A stretch of DNA of 63,941 nt, the filler included, from Octopus bimaculoides (taxonomy: Eukaryota), in the NCBI RefSeq assembly GCF_001194135.2. It is 5 parts of 4 records of this genome, joined end to end, with 100 filler letters (N's around TTAATTAATTAA, not from the genome) between each part and the next. Parts side by side here need not be neighbours in the genome. Positions count along the whole stretch, not along the records: positions 46,122 to 56,427 come from NC_068984.1; positions 56,528 to 62,524 come from NC_068993.1; 3 more parts are not named here. One strand, 5' to 3'. Under the pieces are notes generated by a model that was not told the origin of the DNA, searched no databases, and saw only the letters and a program-made list of their open reading frames with translations. Every line of letters begins with the position of its first letter. Within the stretch, counting starts at the first letter, position 1. Both the position numbers and the translations under genes were made by a program. This document shows, piece after piece, positions 49,871-62,385 of the stretch.

Positions 49871-50121
49871 TCAGTCGAAAATCACAACGATCGTGAATAA
49901 AAGACTACTTCAATTAATTCATCTGAAGATTAACCAGTTATTTGACAAGGCTGATACTTGTGGTTCCAAAGCTGGAGATAGTATTCATTGTATTTTCCAT
50001 AAATTGTCTCCCACGCCAAATACGCGACTTGTCGCTTTGAATGTGTGCGTGCGTGTATGTATGTATGTATGTATGTATGCATGTATGTATGTATGTATGT
50101 ATGTATGTATGTATGTGTGTG

Positions 50122-50196
<75 letters not shown>

Positions 50197-50246
50197 GGGA
50201 GAATTTACGAAAAACAACAGACGAAGACAAGTGGTATAAACAACAA

Positions 50247-50714
50247 ATGGATACAGGTTCGTGTGTCACATAGCTAGCTAGAGACGATGGCCTCTTGGAG
50301 CTAATCAACGGCAGCATTCGTCTTATTTATCTGGACTGCCATGTTAGCTTGGTGATAACTATTAATATCCAGTATCGCTGCCGTAATCTCCTTTAGAGAG
50401 ACTTAGAAATATTAATATTTCTATTTTTGAAAACCAATGGATGTATTGCACTGAGTTTAGGTAGCAACACCTGCCTCGTTCGGCTGCTCTACATTGATAA
50501 GGGATAAATACCCTGAAACTAGTCTGTAGATGCCAGGCCAGCAAAGGGAAGCGGCTGACCTTCCCTGTTCGAAGGTTATAATGGACACAGGTTCGTGTGT
50601 CACATAGCTAGCTAGAGGTGATGGCCTCTTGGAGCTAATCAACGGCAGCATTCGTCCTATTTTTCTGGAATGCTATGTTAGCTTGGCGATGACTATTAAT
50701 ATCAAGTACCGCTG
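50247..50714 (+). mobile_element. 334-bp-period tandem unit containing a hammerhead motif (retrozyme or PLE pLTR-like)
   Basis: 134-bp direct repeats at 50247-50380 and 50581-50714, with a hammerhead motif between them. Confidence 0.65.
50488..50530 (+). ncRNA. Decayed minimal type-I hammerhead ribozyme
   Basis: UCUACA-UUGAUAA-GGG(loop)CCCU-GAAA-CUAGUC-UGUAGA: perfect 6-bp stem I, palindromic ACUAGU stem III, core differs from CUGAUGA by two transitions. Confidence 0.6.
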
Positions 50715-51151
50715 TATATTTGTATATATATATATATATATATAAATATTAATATTTCNNNNNNNNNNTATATATATCTGTGTGTGTGTTTATACTCACA
50801 CACACAAACACACACAGACACAAACAAACAAACAAACGAACAAGCATATACAGTACTAGCGCTAAGCATTGATGATAAGAATAAATAATAGTTTAGTTGA
50901 AACATGTTTTTGGTACATTTTAACTTCTAAAGACAATTTCAATACAGTTTACTGTGGGCAAAAAAATTATTGTTTATGACAAAGGAGTGCAAGTCGGACT
51001 CCTAGTCGCATTTCTGGCTCCTTATTCTTCCTCGGTAGGAGGACACCCACAAGTGATAACCCTAATCAAATAAGAAAGCCATAGATTTATAATAGAATAG
51101 TCACTACTAGCGGTTGATTTCCGTTCGCCGACCGCGCAGTTATAACAAATA

Positions 51152-51180
51152 CTAGCACTATAGCCCGGCATTGCCCGGGA
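51152..51180 (-). mobile_element. Helitron 3' terminus
   Basis: Minus strand cccgggcaatgccggg hairpin, ~8 nt spacer, then CTAG followed by host T. Confidence 0.8.
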
Positions 51181-51519
51181 TTAAGTTGGGATTATTAAGC
51201 TAATCAAGTTCTTTATTTCAAACCAAACTAAGTAACATCGACGTCGACAAGTGCACATGTGTATGTATGTGTATATACATATATATATGTATATGTGTGT
51301 GTGTGTATCAGTATGCATGTATATGTGTGTGTTTGTGTATGTGTATTTATGTATGCATGTACGCTCTCACACATTGATTGGTATGTGTTGTCCAACCCAC
51401 TATCCGACAGCGTCCAATTCTCTAACGTTTTTTTTTCAAATGAATCAAGTCATAACCTTATCCATCTATTGTTTTCATAATCGGTCATAATGTCTTACGT
51501 TTAAGATGATTCCCATGCT

Positions 51520-51603
51520 TTCCCTGATGAGAAGGTTACAATTTTAATATCAAAGATCCCTATGGATCACACAGGTTGTAATCCTTTGAAACATATGTAG
51601 GAA
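51520..51603 (+). ncRNA. Type-I hammerhead ribozyme with intact catalytic core
   Basis: UUCC-CUGAUGA-[11-bp stem II with one bulge]-GAAA-CAUAUGUA-GGAA; stem III palindrome ACAUAUGU; predicted cleavage after GUA at 51599; AATAAA directly after. Confidence 0.75.
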
Positions 51604-51879
51604 TAAAATATGCAATTATAACATGCGTTTTCTCCAATCTTTAAATTCTTAAATATGCTCAAATACCCAAAATTTCTAGGAGTTCCTGCCTTAAAAACAG
51701 GAACTAAACCACAGTTATTTTGTGTTCTTTGCTACATTGGTTTCTATTAACCCATTTATTCTATCAGAAGAATTTTTATTCATTAAGATAGAAGAAATAC
51801 ACATAATTATATNNNNNNNNNNNNNNNNNNNNNNNNNNNNNNTATATATATATATATATGCACGCCACGCAACCATTTC

Positions 51880-52290
51880 CAAGTAAGCTTTTCGTAATAC
51901 AATTGATAAGACTCTTTCTTTTACTCCTTCCTTTACTGTTCCCCCTCTCCCTCCCTTTCGTTTTCTCTCTTATCCTTTCTCTAATTCTTTTTTCTACTCT
52001 TCACCGTTATCTAACTCTCCCTCTCTCTCTCCCTCTTCCTCTTTTACTCTCTCTCGTTGCTCCCCTCTTTTTACACGAGAACATTACTGTGTGATACACG
52101 ATCCCTATTGATCGCTTTTTTTTTTCTCGATCCCTTTTGATCAAACTCCCCCCTTTTTCCCTTCCTACGATCCCTTTTGATCGACACACCCGTATTTTTT
52201 TTTGTTTTTTTCCCCTCCCCCTCCCAAAAAGAAAAGCTCTACATTGTATCTGTCCCATCTTTGTTGAGCCCTGTGTGGCTAATAAAAGAA

Positions 52291-52292
<2 letters not shown>
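51880..52292 (+). mobile_element. LINE 3' UTR and end (Tx1-like) with (TATC)n tail
   Basis: Pyrimidine-rich UTR ending gagccctgtgtggctaataaaagaaa(tcta)n. Confidence 0.65.
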
Positions 52293-52339
<47 letters not shown>

Positions 52340-52519
52340 NNNNNNNNNNNNNNNNNNNNNNNNNNNNNNNNNNNNNNNNNNNNNNNNNNNNNNNNNNNNN
52401 NNNNNNNNNNNNNNNNNNNNNNNNNNNNNNNNNNNNNNNNNNNNNNNNNNNNNNNNNNNNNNNNNNNNNNNNNNNNNNNNNATATATATACACACATATA
52501 TATTTGTGTGTGTGCATGC

Positions 52520-52569
<50 letters not shown>

Positions 52570-52589
52570 TTGTGTGTGTATAAAGTCTA

Positions 52590-53060
52590 GGGGAGCTTTA
52601 CACTGTGAAATAGTAAAGCGCTATTTTCCTGCAATTAAACCCGGCGCTCACTTTTGCTCGTGATATGGTCCCCATCCTTTCACACCTCAGTTTCATTGAG
52701 ATTATAGGTCTTCCCGGCTTGTACGTTATCGACATTTAAACACCATTAATGCATCGATTGCAAAAATGCAAAAGCCAGCAAGCAAAATTCGCAGTCTAGG
52801 TTTTGAAAAATGGCGTAGATATTTAGAAGCATCTTTCAGAAATTAACCCACACCGAACACCTCTTCTCCTACTTATCATGACAATTGAACAATATACGAT
52901 CTAAAGATTGTCGCCGGAAGGATTGTGAAAATTACCTAACTAGGCCAAATGTCAAGGGAAATAACCGTATATTTAGTGCCAAGGTTAATCTGGAATCAAG
53001 AAATGCTGTTCTCTTCGTGTCAGCCGAGAATTACGCATAATTATAATTACGTATTATTCT
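52590..53060. promoter_or_regulatory. Possible promoter-like unique CpG-containing segment
   Basis: Non-repetitive, CpG-retaining, with AAAATGGCG (YY1-like, 52807-52815) and CCGGAAG (ETS-like, 52914-52920). Confidence 0.2.
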
Positions 53061-53256
53061 GTTGAGACTGGCAATATAGTTCATAATTACGTTACATATG
53101 TAAATTATATAACCGATATGATACATCCATAAAATTATTCTTCGGAAGCACTAACAAACAAAAATATATACTTACATACATACATACGCACACACAGAGA
53201 CATATATGTGCGTGTGTGCATGTGTATTTATGTATGTACGTATGTATGTATGTATG

Positions 53257-53334
<78 letters not shown>

Positions 53335-53598
53335 CATGCATACATACATTCACATATGTGTGTGTATGTGTGTGTGTGCCTGCATATACATTCACATGCA
53401 TGCACACAGACAGTGAAGGCGACTCTCATATTAAGTTTTCATAAATGTTCTCATCCAGTTCATATTACACAGATACACCATCACACATACACTCACAAGC
53501 ATACATATGCACGCAGATATATACACAAATGCATATACTTATATAAAGTTTTATATAATCATATTTATATATTTACACACACACCTATGTATGTACAC

Positions 53599-53750
53599 AA
53601 GCGTGGCTGTGTAGTAAGAAGCACGCTTCCCAACCACATGGTACTGGGTTCAGTCTCACTGCGTGATACCTTGGGCAAGTGTATTTTACTATAGCCTCGG
53701 ACTGACCAAAGCCTTGTGAGTGGATTTGGTAGACAGAAACTGAAAGAAGC

Positions 53751-53818
<68 letters not shown>

Positions 53819-54045
53819 TTATGCGTGTGAGTTTGTTATCCGACCGTCGCTTGACAATCGATGCTGGTGTGTTAACGTCTCCATAACCTAGCGGTTCGGC
53901 AAAAAAGACCGATAGAATAAGCACTAGACTTACAAAGAATAAGCCTTGATGTCGATCTGTTCGACTAAAGGCGGTGCTTCATCATGGTCGCAGTCAAATG
54001 ACTGAAACAAGTAAAAGAATAAAAGAATAAACGAATAAACGAATA
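53599..54045 (+). mobile_element. SINE family A, full length with expanded internal (TA)n
   Basis: Complete head, body and (aagaata)-like tail; CpGs retained. Confidence 0.92.
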
Positions 54046-54241
54046 TATACGGACACGCAAATACAAATTCTGTCAATGTGAAAGAATTTTTGTCATAATT
54101 AATTCACATAAGTTTTCATTTTGTCCATCCAAAATATTAATGTACCTTAACACGCACGGACACATACACACACATACACGCACACACACACATACATACA
54201 CATACACACACACATACACAAATATACTGGCCTGTGTGCGT

Positions 54242-54273
<32 letters not shown>

Positions 54274-54539
54274 TCAATGTATTTATTCTCAGACACCTGT
54301 GTTGTTGAAAATCACAGTGACACTTAATTAGGCTTCATTAATTTTCATTAAAATCTGTCTATATTTCTCCCCGCTCTCTCTCTCTCTGCATGTGTGTGCA
54401 TGTGTGTAAGGAAGAAGACGAAGGATGAATTCAACACAGTTTTAATATTCGTTACAGTTGTTTCTGCTCCACTTCGTTTCTAACTACATTGCTTGTTAAT
54501 GGTTGGGTGGTAAATTACATAATACCAGTAGCTGTAAAT

Positions 54540-54680
54540 TTCATTCACGTTTCTAATATTTCATCAGTTACCCTGCTTTTCTTTCCCAACTCTATCAACT
54601 CTTCATACGTCAGATCTTAGGTTTCACCCGCTTTCAACACTTCAACGTCATCTTCGAATGTCACTCACTATACTGTTTAC
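54540..54680 (-). mobile_element. Possible Tigger transposase C-terminal remnant
   Basis: Translation EDDVEVLKAGET*DLTYEELIELG resembles the pogo/Tigger acidic tail. Confidence 0.35.
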
Positions 54681-55469
54681 ATAAACGCCATTGAAGGTGT
54701 TTATACGTGTTTTCAAAATACATTTCGAGATTACCATTTATGCATTTTTGTGACTCCTTCATTTACTTTAAAAGCGTTTTTAAATGCATTTAAAATTATT
54801 GTACCATTTTCAAAATATCGCGGAGTGAATTGCCATTTGTGTGAATCCATTTGTGTGAATCCATTTGACAATTATTTCTGTGTGAATCCATTTGTGTGAA
54901 TCCATTTGACAATTATTTCTTGATAATATACATTGAATAGGTTTATTATCCTTTGATCTATAAACTAGATTAGTGGTAACGTGCTTGGAGATACGTGCAC
55001 TAGTTTCGTATTATGATTCAAATCGTCGAAATGTTATGAATGACTCTAAACTTTGCCTAAAATTGATAAAATAACAAATGAAACTTTCTCCTTATTATAA
55101 CATTTCTTTCCTTAGTGAAAGAAACTATTCAGGAATCAATCCTCAAAGAATTGCTCTTGGCATCAGTGCCTTTATGTTATTGTCTTAGATAACTGGCAGC
55201 GTGTACTAGCTAACATTCATGAAAGTACCTAGTCATTTGGAGTTACAAACAAGATGTGGCTTCGGCTAAAATCCAACCATATCTTTCCATCCTCAAAGAA
55301 GAAAAATCACTTGATTTTTAACCCTTTGATGTTCAAAACATTTTCATAAGTTTGTCCATGCGTTCTGAGTAATATAAAGCTTTCTTTTCATAAGTCCCAA
55401 ATTACTCTCGTGGTTACAAACATATGTCTCATATATGATGCATAGAGTGCAGAGAAATATGTCCTGTGT

Positions 55470-56355
55470 ATTATATGTGATACACAGGTCAGGCAAATGG
55501 TGAAATGCTTTAGAATCTGGAACGGATTTCGCTTCTTGATGAAAGTAGGAACGTTCTGATATGCTCTTCTAATATTAGCCAGTTTCATTAAAATGAGACA
55601 TATGGTCTAGCAAAAACTGCTTACTACCATTACCATTATACAACTTTAGTTTAAACAAAGCCGCATCTTCTTCATCAGCAATTGTTCCCTCACATGTTTC
55701 CTTTACTTTGTAGAAATTTCCATGCTTTTTGAAACACCTACACCATCCAAGAATTACTACAAATAATTTACATTAGTAATATCATTGACAGATTTCCTCT
55801 GTGCTTCAAACAAGCTCTTTGTTTTAGCCTGCATATTTAAAAGGCTGAACAGTATTCTTATTTGAATCTGGGCTTCTAAACATGTGATTAAACATTTTCC
55901 TATTTTCTCAATTATCGCTGAGTTTTAGAAGTTTTTTGTGAAGATGGATACAGATGACTTTACTGCATTGCTGATGTGGTGTTTATCATTTAGGATTATA
56001 GAGATCATCGACAAGGACAGACTGAACCGAAACAAATTCTCTTCATTCATGCTGTGCAATTAACCTTAATTTTGTTTCTATATCGATTCATTTTTCGTTT
56101 TTTCACTTTGAACATAAGACCCACATTTAGGCTTGTTAAACATGTTTTGGGTTAATATCTGGGGACTTGATGCGTAACAAACGACTAATTGAGAAACTGG
56201 ATGAAAACAAACGAAACAGAGCGACATTGTGAAGTGAGATAGACAAAAGTTGCAATGGTGGTAGTATCTCTCTGTGTGGCGAAGGTATTTCACACATCGC
56301 TGTTGGAGAATATTGTAACATTAAACAATCGTAACTCAAACTGTCGTAAGTCTTG
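55470..56355 (-). mobile_element. Decayed Tigger/pogo-like transposon
   Basis: Minus-strand IEKIGKCLITCLEAQ...QAKTKSLFE, GWCRCFKKHG...ADEEDAALF and FNETG*Y*KSISERSY resemble CENP-B HTH and DDE-start motifs; TIR-like gacttacgac...gagttacga near 56325-56350. Confidence 0.7.
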
Positions 56356-56385
56356 GAATCTCTCTCTCTCTCTCTCTCTCGCTTG

Positions 56386-56427
<42 letters not shown>

Positions 56428-56527
56428 NNNNNNNNNNNNNNNNNNNNNNNNNNNNNNNNNNNNNNNNNNNNTTAATTAATTAANNNNNNNNNNNNNNNNN
56501 NNNNNNNNNNNNNNNNNNNNNNNNNNN

Positions 56528-56558
<31 letters not shown>

Positions 56559-57259
56559 CAAAAACCTATTGGGTACATACGTATCAGTTGTGTTTGTAAT
56601 GGAGGAATTTATACAATTAGTTCGTGAGAATTCTAAGAATAATATCCAAACTTCTATGAACCTGTGATGTGTTATTTTTTTGCTTATGGAGTAGTTGGAA
56701 TCTTGCTGGTAGTGGGGAGGGGTTATTTTTGCTGTTCAGTCCCCTCATCTAATTGGTCATCTATTGTTTTAAAATGTCTTGGCTTAGCTACGGTTGGACA
56801 ACCATTAACTGGTCAAATGAGTTAGGCATGAATATGTATACACATACATACATATACGTTCATATATATACGTATACATATACGCACACACACACACACA
56901 TACATACATACCCACATACCTATATATACCTATATACATGGAGTGTATATAAATAACACAAAGACTAAACAAATTATCGGAAAGTTTATATGCGGATATG
57001 AATATTCATATGTATATATACACACATGCACGACCAAACAAAAATCAGGGGCAAAGCAACAAAACAATAACACAGCAATACAATAAACCTGATCGTATTA
57101 TCTTCTTGGTATGTTGTCATTATGTACCTCAATTTCATCTATTAATTACTTCAGTCTGCTGGAGTAATATAGATAGAATTCTTACAATACATATAAAACA
57201 TTCTGTGCTCGTAAAGTCTACATACGTACACACTCACACAAACATGTATGTATATATAG

Positions 57260-57290
<31 letters not shown>

Positions 57291-57334
57291 CATACACACA
57301 CAAAACATACATGCGTTTACGTGCTCATATACAC

Positions 57335-58310
57335 ATCTCTACTCTTAATGTTTAAGAATTTAGTTAAGAATATTAATAGGAGAATTTCTAGCCTCTCCTC
57401 CGATATAAACATGTTTAATAATGTTGCCCCATTATATAATAAAGCTCTTAAAGAGAGTGGATTTAAAGAGGCAATAGCTTATACACCTGTTATTAGGCCA
57501 GAAAGAAAGAAAAAATAAATGGACACAGGAAAATTATCTGGTTCACACCCCCTTACTCCTCTGAAGTGACCTTTAATATAGGTAAATATTTCTTGTCACT
57601 TATAGATAGACACTTTCCAATAAATCGTAAATATAAGAAACTCTTCAATAGGGATAACCTAAAAATTAGTTTTAGTTCAACCACATCATCATCATCATCG
57701 TCGTCGTTTAACGTCCGCTTTCCATGCTAGCATGGGTTGGACGATTTGACTGAGGACTGGTGAAACCAGATGGCTACACCAGGCTCCAATCTGATTTGGC
57801 AGAGTTTCTATGACTGGATGCCCTTCCTAACGCCAACCACTCAGAGAGTGTAGTGGGTGCTTTTACGTGTCACCCACACGAAGGCCAGTCAGGCGGTACT
57901 GGCAACGGCCATGCTCAAGATGGTGTATTTTATGTGCCCCCTGCACAAGAGCCAGTCCAGGGGCACTGGCAATGATCTTGCTCAAAAATCCTACGAAGGC
58001 CAGTCAGGCGGTACTGGCAACAGCCACGCTCAAATTTTTAAAATGTAATTGCACACAACACAAAGCCAGCTGTTCCTGCAGAGATAAAGACTTATGCCTG
58101 CTAAATGGAGCCTGTATGACTGAAGCCATTATTTATGAAGCCACCATAGATTCTACGACCTCTAAGAACACAGTTTCGTCAAAGAGATATGTGGGTCTCA
58201 CAGAGGGAAATTTTAAAGCTACATGTCTAAATTCAAGAACTGAACTTTTGGGATCATGTCCACATATGACAAAATACTTGTTACGGTTTTGGGTCCCCCA
58301 AGATCACTGA
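57335..58310 (+). mobile_element. Penelope-like element 3' portion (RT thumb, linker, GIY-YIG), internally deleted
   Basis: NRRISSLSSD...YNKALKESGF; KIIWFTPPYS...LIDRHFP...LFNRDNLKISFS; CSCRDKDLCLLNGAC...IIYEA...YVGLTEGNFK; LNSRTELLGSCPH. Confidence 0.85.
57683..58035 (-). mobile_element. Family D RTE-tailed repeat inserted in the PLE
   Basis: (cat)n-gtttaacgtccgctttccatgctagcatgggttggacg...ggatgcccttcctaacgccaacc, with an internal duplication of cgaaggccagtcaggcggtactggcaac. Confidence 0.8.
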
Positions 58311-58816
58311 TAGAACCTGCTTTTTTATTATGTTCTCGACAAGCTTTCCATGTGTCTTAACATTTTTTATTGTTTTATATGTATATTTTTTATTTTTCAT
58401 TTTTTCCTTTTGTAATTGTGTGATTATATATGTGTGTGAGTATATGTATATGTGTGTGAATATATGTATATGTATGCATATATTAAATGTGAATGTGTGT
58501 GTGTATATGTCTGTGCATGTATGTATATCTGCGGTTGTTTGTTGATAGGAGGGTGTATATGTATGTATGTGTATATCTGTATACAGATGTACATATATGT
58601 ATATTCATATATGCAGTGAGTGTGAATACATGCCTGTACAAGTATGTATATTTGTATGTGTTTGTGTGTATGTGTGAGTATATTTTATATGGATAAATGT
58701 CTAATATATTTGGAAGCATACATTTATGTGTATATGAAGATGAAGTTGCGTACATATATACATATGTGTGTGTGTATATTTATACATGTATGTGTGTGTG
58801 TATATTTATACATGTA

Positions 58817-58860
<44 letters not shown>

Positions 58861-59249
58861 TATATGAGCACATATGTTTTGTGTGTATGGGCATATATAT
58901 ATATATGTTTGTGTGAGTGTGTATGTATGTAGACTTTACAAATGCAGAAGGTTTTATATGTATTGTAAGAATATGGTTGCATGTCTTTTTTATAATTTTT
59001 ATTTTACCGTTTGTAATTTTTCCTGTCTATTAGAATAGCTTCCCTTTTATTTAGTGTTTTTTTTTTTCGTAGCATCTATTGTCAAAATAGCCGATGAAAA
59101 TGCATCGTAGCTTTTAGTTCCAGCATTTGAAACTATGAGTCCTGTTATGACAACTTACTGATTGTCCTATACTATAGGTATATAAATTCCACTATTTACC
59201 TAATATCGAGGTCTCATTCTTTTGTTGTCATTTTATTATTATTATAGTT

Positions 59250-59322
59250 ATTATTGAGTGAGAGAGCAGTGCATGCCATCAAAGTGACACTGGGGTAAAA
59301 TATACGAAGCCCATAATACCCA
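59250..59322 (-). mobile_element. Terminal ~75 bp of the 18440 family, embedded in (TTA)n
   Basis: gagtgagagagcagtgcatgccatcaaagtgacactggggtaaaatatacgaagccc. Confidence 0.8.
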
Positions 59323-59380
<58 letters not shown>

Positions 59381-59408
59381 CTAGACTTGCTACCTGACAT
59401 TGCCTGGT
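59381..59408 (-). mobile_element. Helitron 3' terminus (CpG-decayed)
   Basis: ctagacttgctacctgacattgcctgg is the decayed equivalent of 51152-51180. Confidence 0.65.
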
Positions 59409-61193
59409 AAATAAAGCACTAAATGGTTTGTCAGTTTGTTACCCTAGCTAAAGTCTACTTCATTAATAAAGAATTTACAAAAACAGTTAATTCATACATT
59501 ATTAAAGAAAAGAAATATCTGTTATAGTTATTCCTTAAAAAAATTTCAAATCTAAATAAAATTATGCCTCTTGTAGTAAGAATACATTTTAAAACATATT
59601 TAAAATTGCTTTAAAAAACAGAAGTAGGCTTAAATCTGGAATGATGGTTTAGTGAATAGGCACTAAAATAACTTCTGACTTTTTACAACAGCAGTAGTAT
59701 AATACCTTGTTATACAATAATAGACAACATTCAGAAGACTTAATAGTATTTTATTATAAGAGGAAATGACGATAACATTAAATCAAGGTTTGCTTGACAG
59801 CATTCAGAGTATAGCATTCAAAGGTATGGTATAACAGTGTCCTAAGTGAGCAGAAGAAAAGTTTGAGTTACTCATTATAGGGTCACAAATCTAGAGGAAG
59901 GTGTATTCAGCATAAATAACATGTAACACTCACTGTTAAAATGTGAACAGGATAAATGTTCGAACAGTCCATAGTTAGTAATTTAATTCTAGAGTGTTTC
60001 TTCCTTCAATATTGTCCACATGGTAGAGTGGAGCTCCGACAGCGACATAAACAAATTATGTCTGACTTTCTTCGAGGCTTGGCTGGGATTGCTAGAAAAC
60101 TTCCTATGTCTAAGTGACAGACAGCAGCATGTATGCACGATGCCACACAGTTGCCTGAACCAACCAAATCACACACAGCCAAAAGGGAAATAGTACTCCT
60201 ACATGACCTCCTGCTCAGACTGAAAGGGCGATCAAAATAAAGGAGAAAATTCTATGAAAGAAGTTCTTTGTAGCTTGCTGTCCGGAAAGGTGGTCTCCTT
60301 GAGACAAAGCAAGCAAATCCTGACATAGAAATGTGATCACAACTGTCCAGGAAACTGGAAATCACTGGATGTGAAAGTCAAAGTGTATGTGAGTGCAATG
60401 TTAGCTGCTGAGACATAAGCTGTGCCAAGATTTTGCCTGCAAAAGTGGTAAGTCGTTTGCAGAGGCAAAAATGCTTTAAGTCTGCAAGAGCAGAGGCTAG
60501 AGTTGCAAGCCTGCAAGAGCAGTGAATCATTTGTAGAAGCTGAAGGATGAATGCATTAGCTACAGGAAGAATGAAGTATGCAAAAAATGGTGTGCCAGTG
60601 TAACTGCTGGAAGCACTCTGAAACAACACCAATTGCAGAGTCTGATGCAGTATTCCCCAACGAAAGCTGCACATTGGAGACTGAGTGTGCAAGACGAGGT
60701 GCTGAGTAGAGGACATTTCACAGTGTTAAAAGGCATGTTACAGAATGGATGCACATGAGAGTATTAAAAAATGCAATGTAGTTGATTGAACCAACCAAAT
60801 CATGCATAACTGGATAACAGTTCCGCTAAAAGGAAATAGTGCTCCTATAATGATATACAAATCCATTAACTTTCCATTGTTTATTACTGTTTAAAATAAG
60901 ATATAATTTTTGTTTCAGAACTCACTTTTAAAGAATTGCACCTCAGCAAGTTGCACCTTCTACATCTCCTTGGGTTTTTACTTTTTGTAGTTTCTTCTTG
61001 GAAGCAGAACCATTATTGTATTATGCTGTCTAACCTAAGGAAAAAAAAAGCAAGTAAGTATTTTATTGTTGCTTATTTTGGTAATACTGCTGACGTTGGT
61101 GTTGTAAGGATCCTCATGGGTTCCAAGAATAATTTGGAGTTTTGAGTTTCATTTGCTCTTTGTTACATACATTCCATTCTTTCAAATCTCTTT

Positions 61194-61250
61194 CTTAGAG
61201 CCATGTGGTTGGGAAGCAACCTTCTTATCACACAGCTATGCCTGCACCTA

Positions 61251-61290
<40 letters not shown>

Positions 61291-61292
61291 TA

Positions 61293-61349
<57 letters not shown>

Positions 61350-61775
61350 GATCAGATTGTGTGTGTGTATGTGTGTGTGTGTACACACACACACACACAC
61401 ACGCGCGCACACAAATGATAAATGTATAAGATACATCCATCCATCTTCACCCACTATCTTTGGAAGGGTCATAAGGTTAGAGTCCTCAGATGCCTCCTTC
61501 ATAGGATGCTATCAGAAGCAGCTGTCCCTGCACTTTTTGGCTGGATTCCCCAGTGTGACTAACTGAGACTATGGGTACTATCCAACCATTTTATGCTTTG
61601 TCTACCCTTATGTCTCCTGCCACTTGGCTTTAGCTGAAGAATATATACAAATGTGTGTGTATATCATCATCATCATTATCGGCGTTTTACGTTTGCTTTC
61701 CATGTTGCCATTGGTTGAATGGTTTGACTGAGGGCTGGCGAGCCAAAAGGCTGCACCTGTCTCCAATCTGATCAT

Positions 61776-61824
<49 letters not shown>

Positions 61825-61909
61825 TATATGTATGTGTGTGTGTGTGTGGGTATAGGTGCAGGCATAGCTGTGTGATAAGAAGGTTGCTTCCCAACCACAT
61901 GGCTCTAAG
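61194..61909. repeat. Inverted duplication, arms 61194-61359 and 61764-61909
   Basis: Non-microsatellite parts are exact reverse complements; arms differ in microsatellite length and one dinucleotide unit. Confidence 0.9.
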
Positions 61910-62310
61910 TTTAGTCCTACTGCGTGGCACCTTGAGTAAGTGTCTTCTATTATAGCCTCGGGCCAGCCAGAGCCTTGTGAGTGGATTTGGTAGATGGAAA
62001 CTGAAAGGAAACCATTGTGTGTGTTTATATGTATGTATGTATATATACATATATTACCTATGCCAACAATGATGATGATGATGATGATGATGATATATTT
62101 ATGTGTATATGTCTTTGTGTTTCTGCTTGTCACCCCATCACTGTTTGACAATGGTAATGGTGTGTTTACATCCTCATCACTTAGCAGGTTGGCAAAAAAG
62201 ACTAATCGAATAACTACTAGAATTACAAAGAATAAGTCCTTGGGTTGATTTCTTCGACTAAGAAAGGCTTTGGGCAATGCTACAGCATGGCTGCAGTAAA
62301 ACAATAAAAC
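61858..62310 (+). mobile_element. SINE family A, full length (CpG-depleted)
   Basis: Complete head, body and 3' end. Confidence 0.9.
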
Positions 62311-62347
62311 AATGCAAATATATATATCATTTGTTATAATTCATTTG

Positions 62348-62385
<38 letters not shown>

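Noticed and set aside
54838-54920. 41-bp tandem duplication of tgtgtgaatccattt units (similar small duplications at 2208-2301)
   Set aside because: Simple slippage or assembly duplication with no further structure.
59900-60780. Purine-rich unique segment resembling a decayed retroelement ORF1
   Set aside because: No diagnostic motif could be identified by eye.
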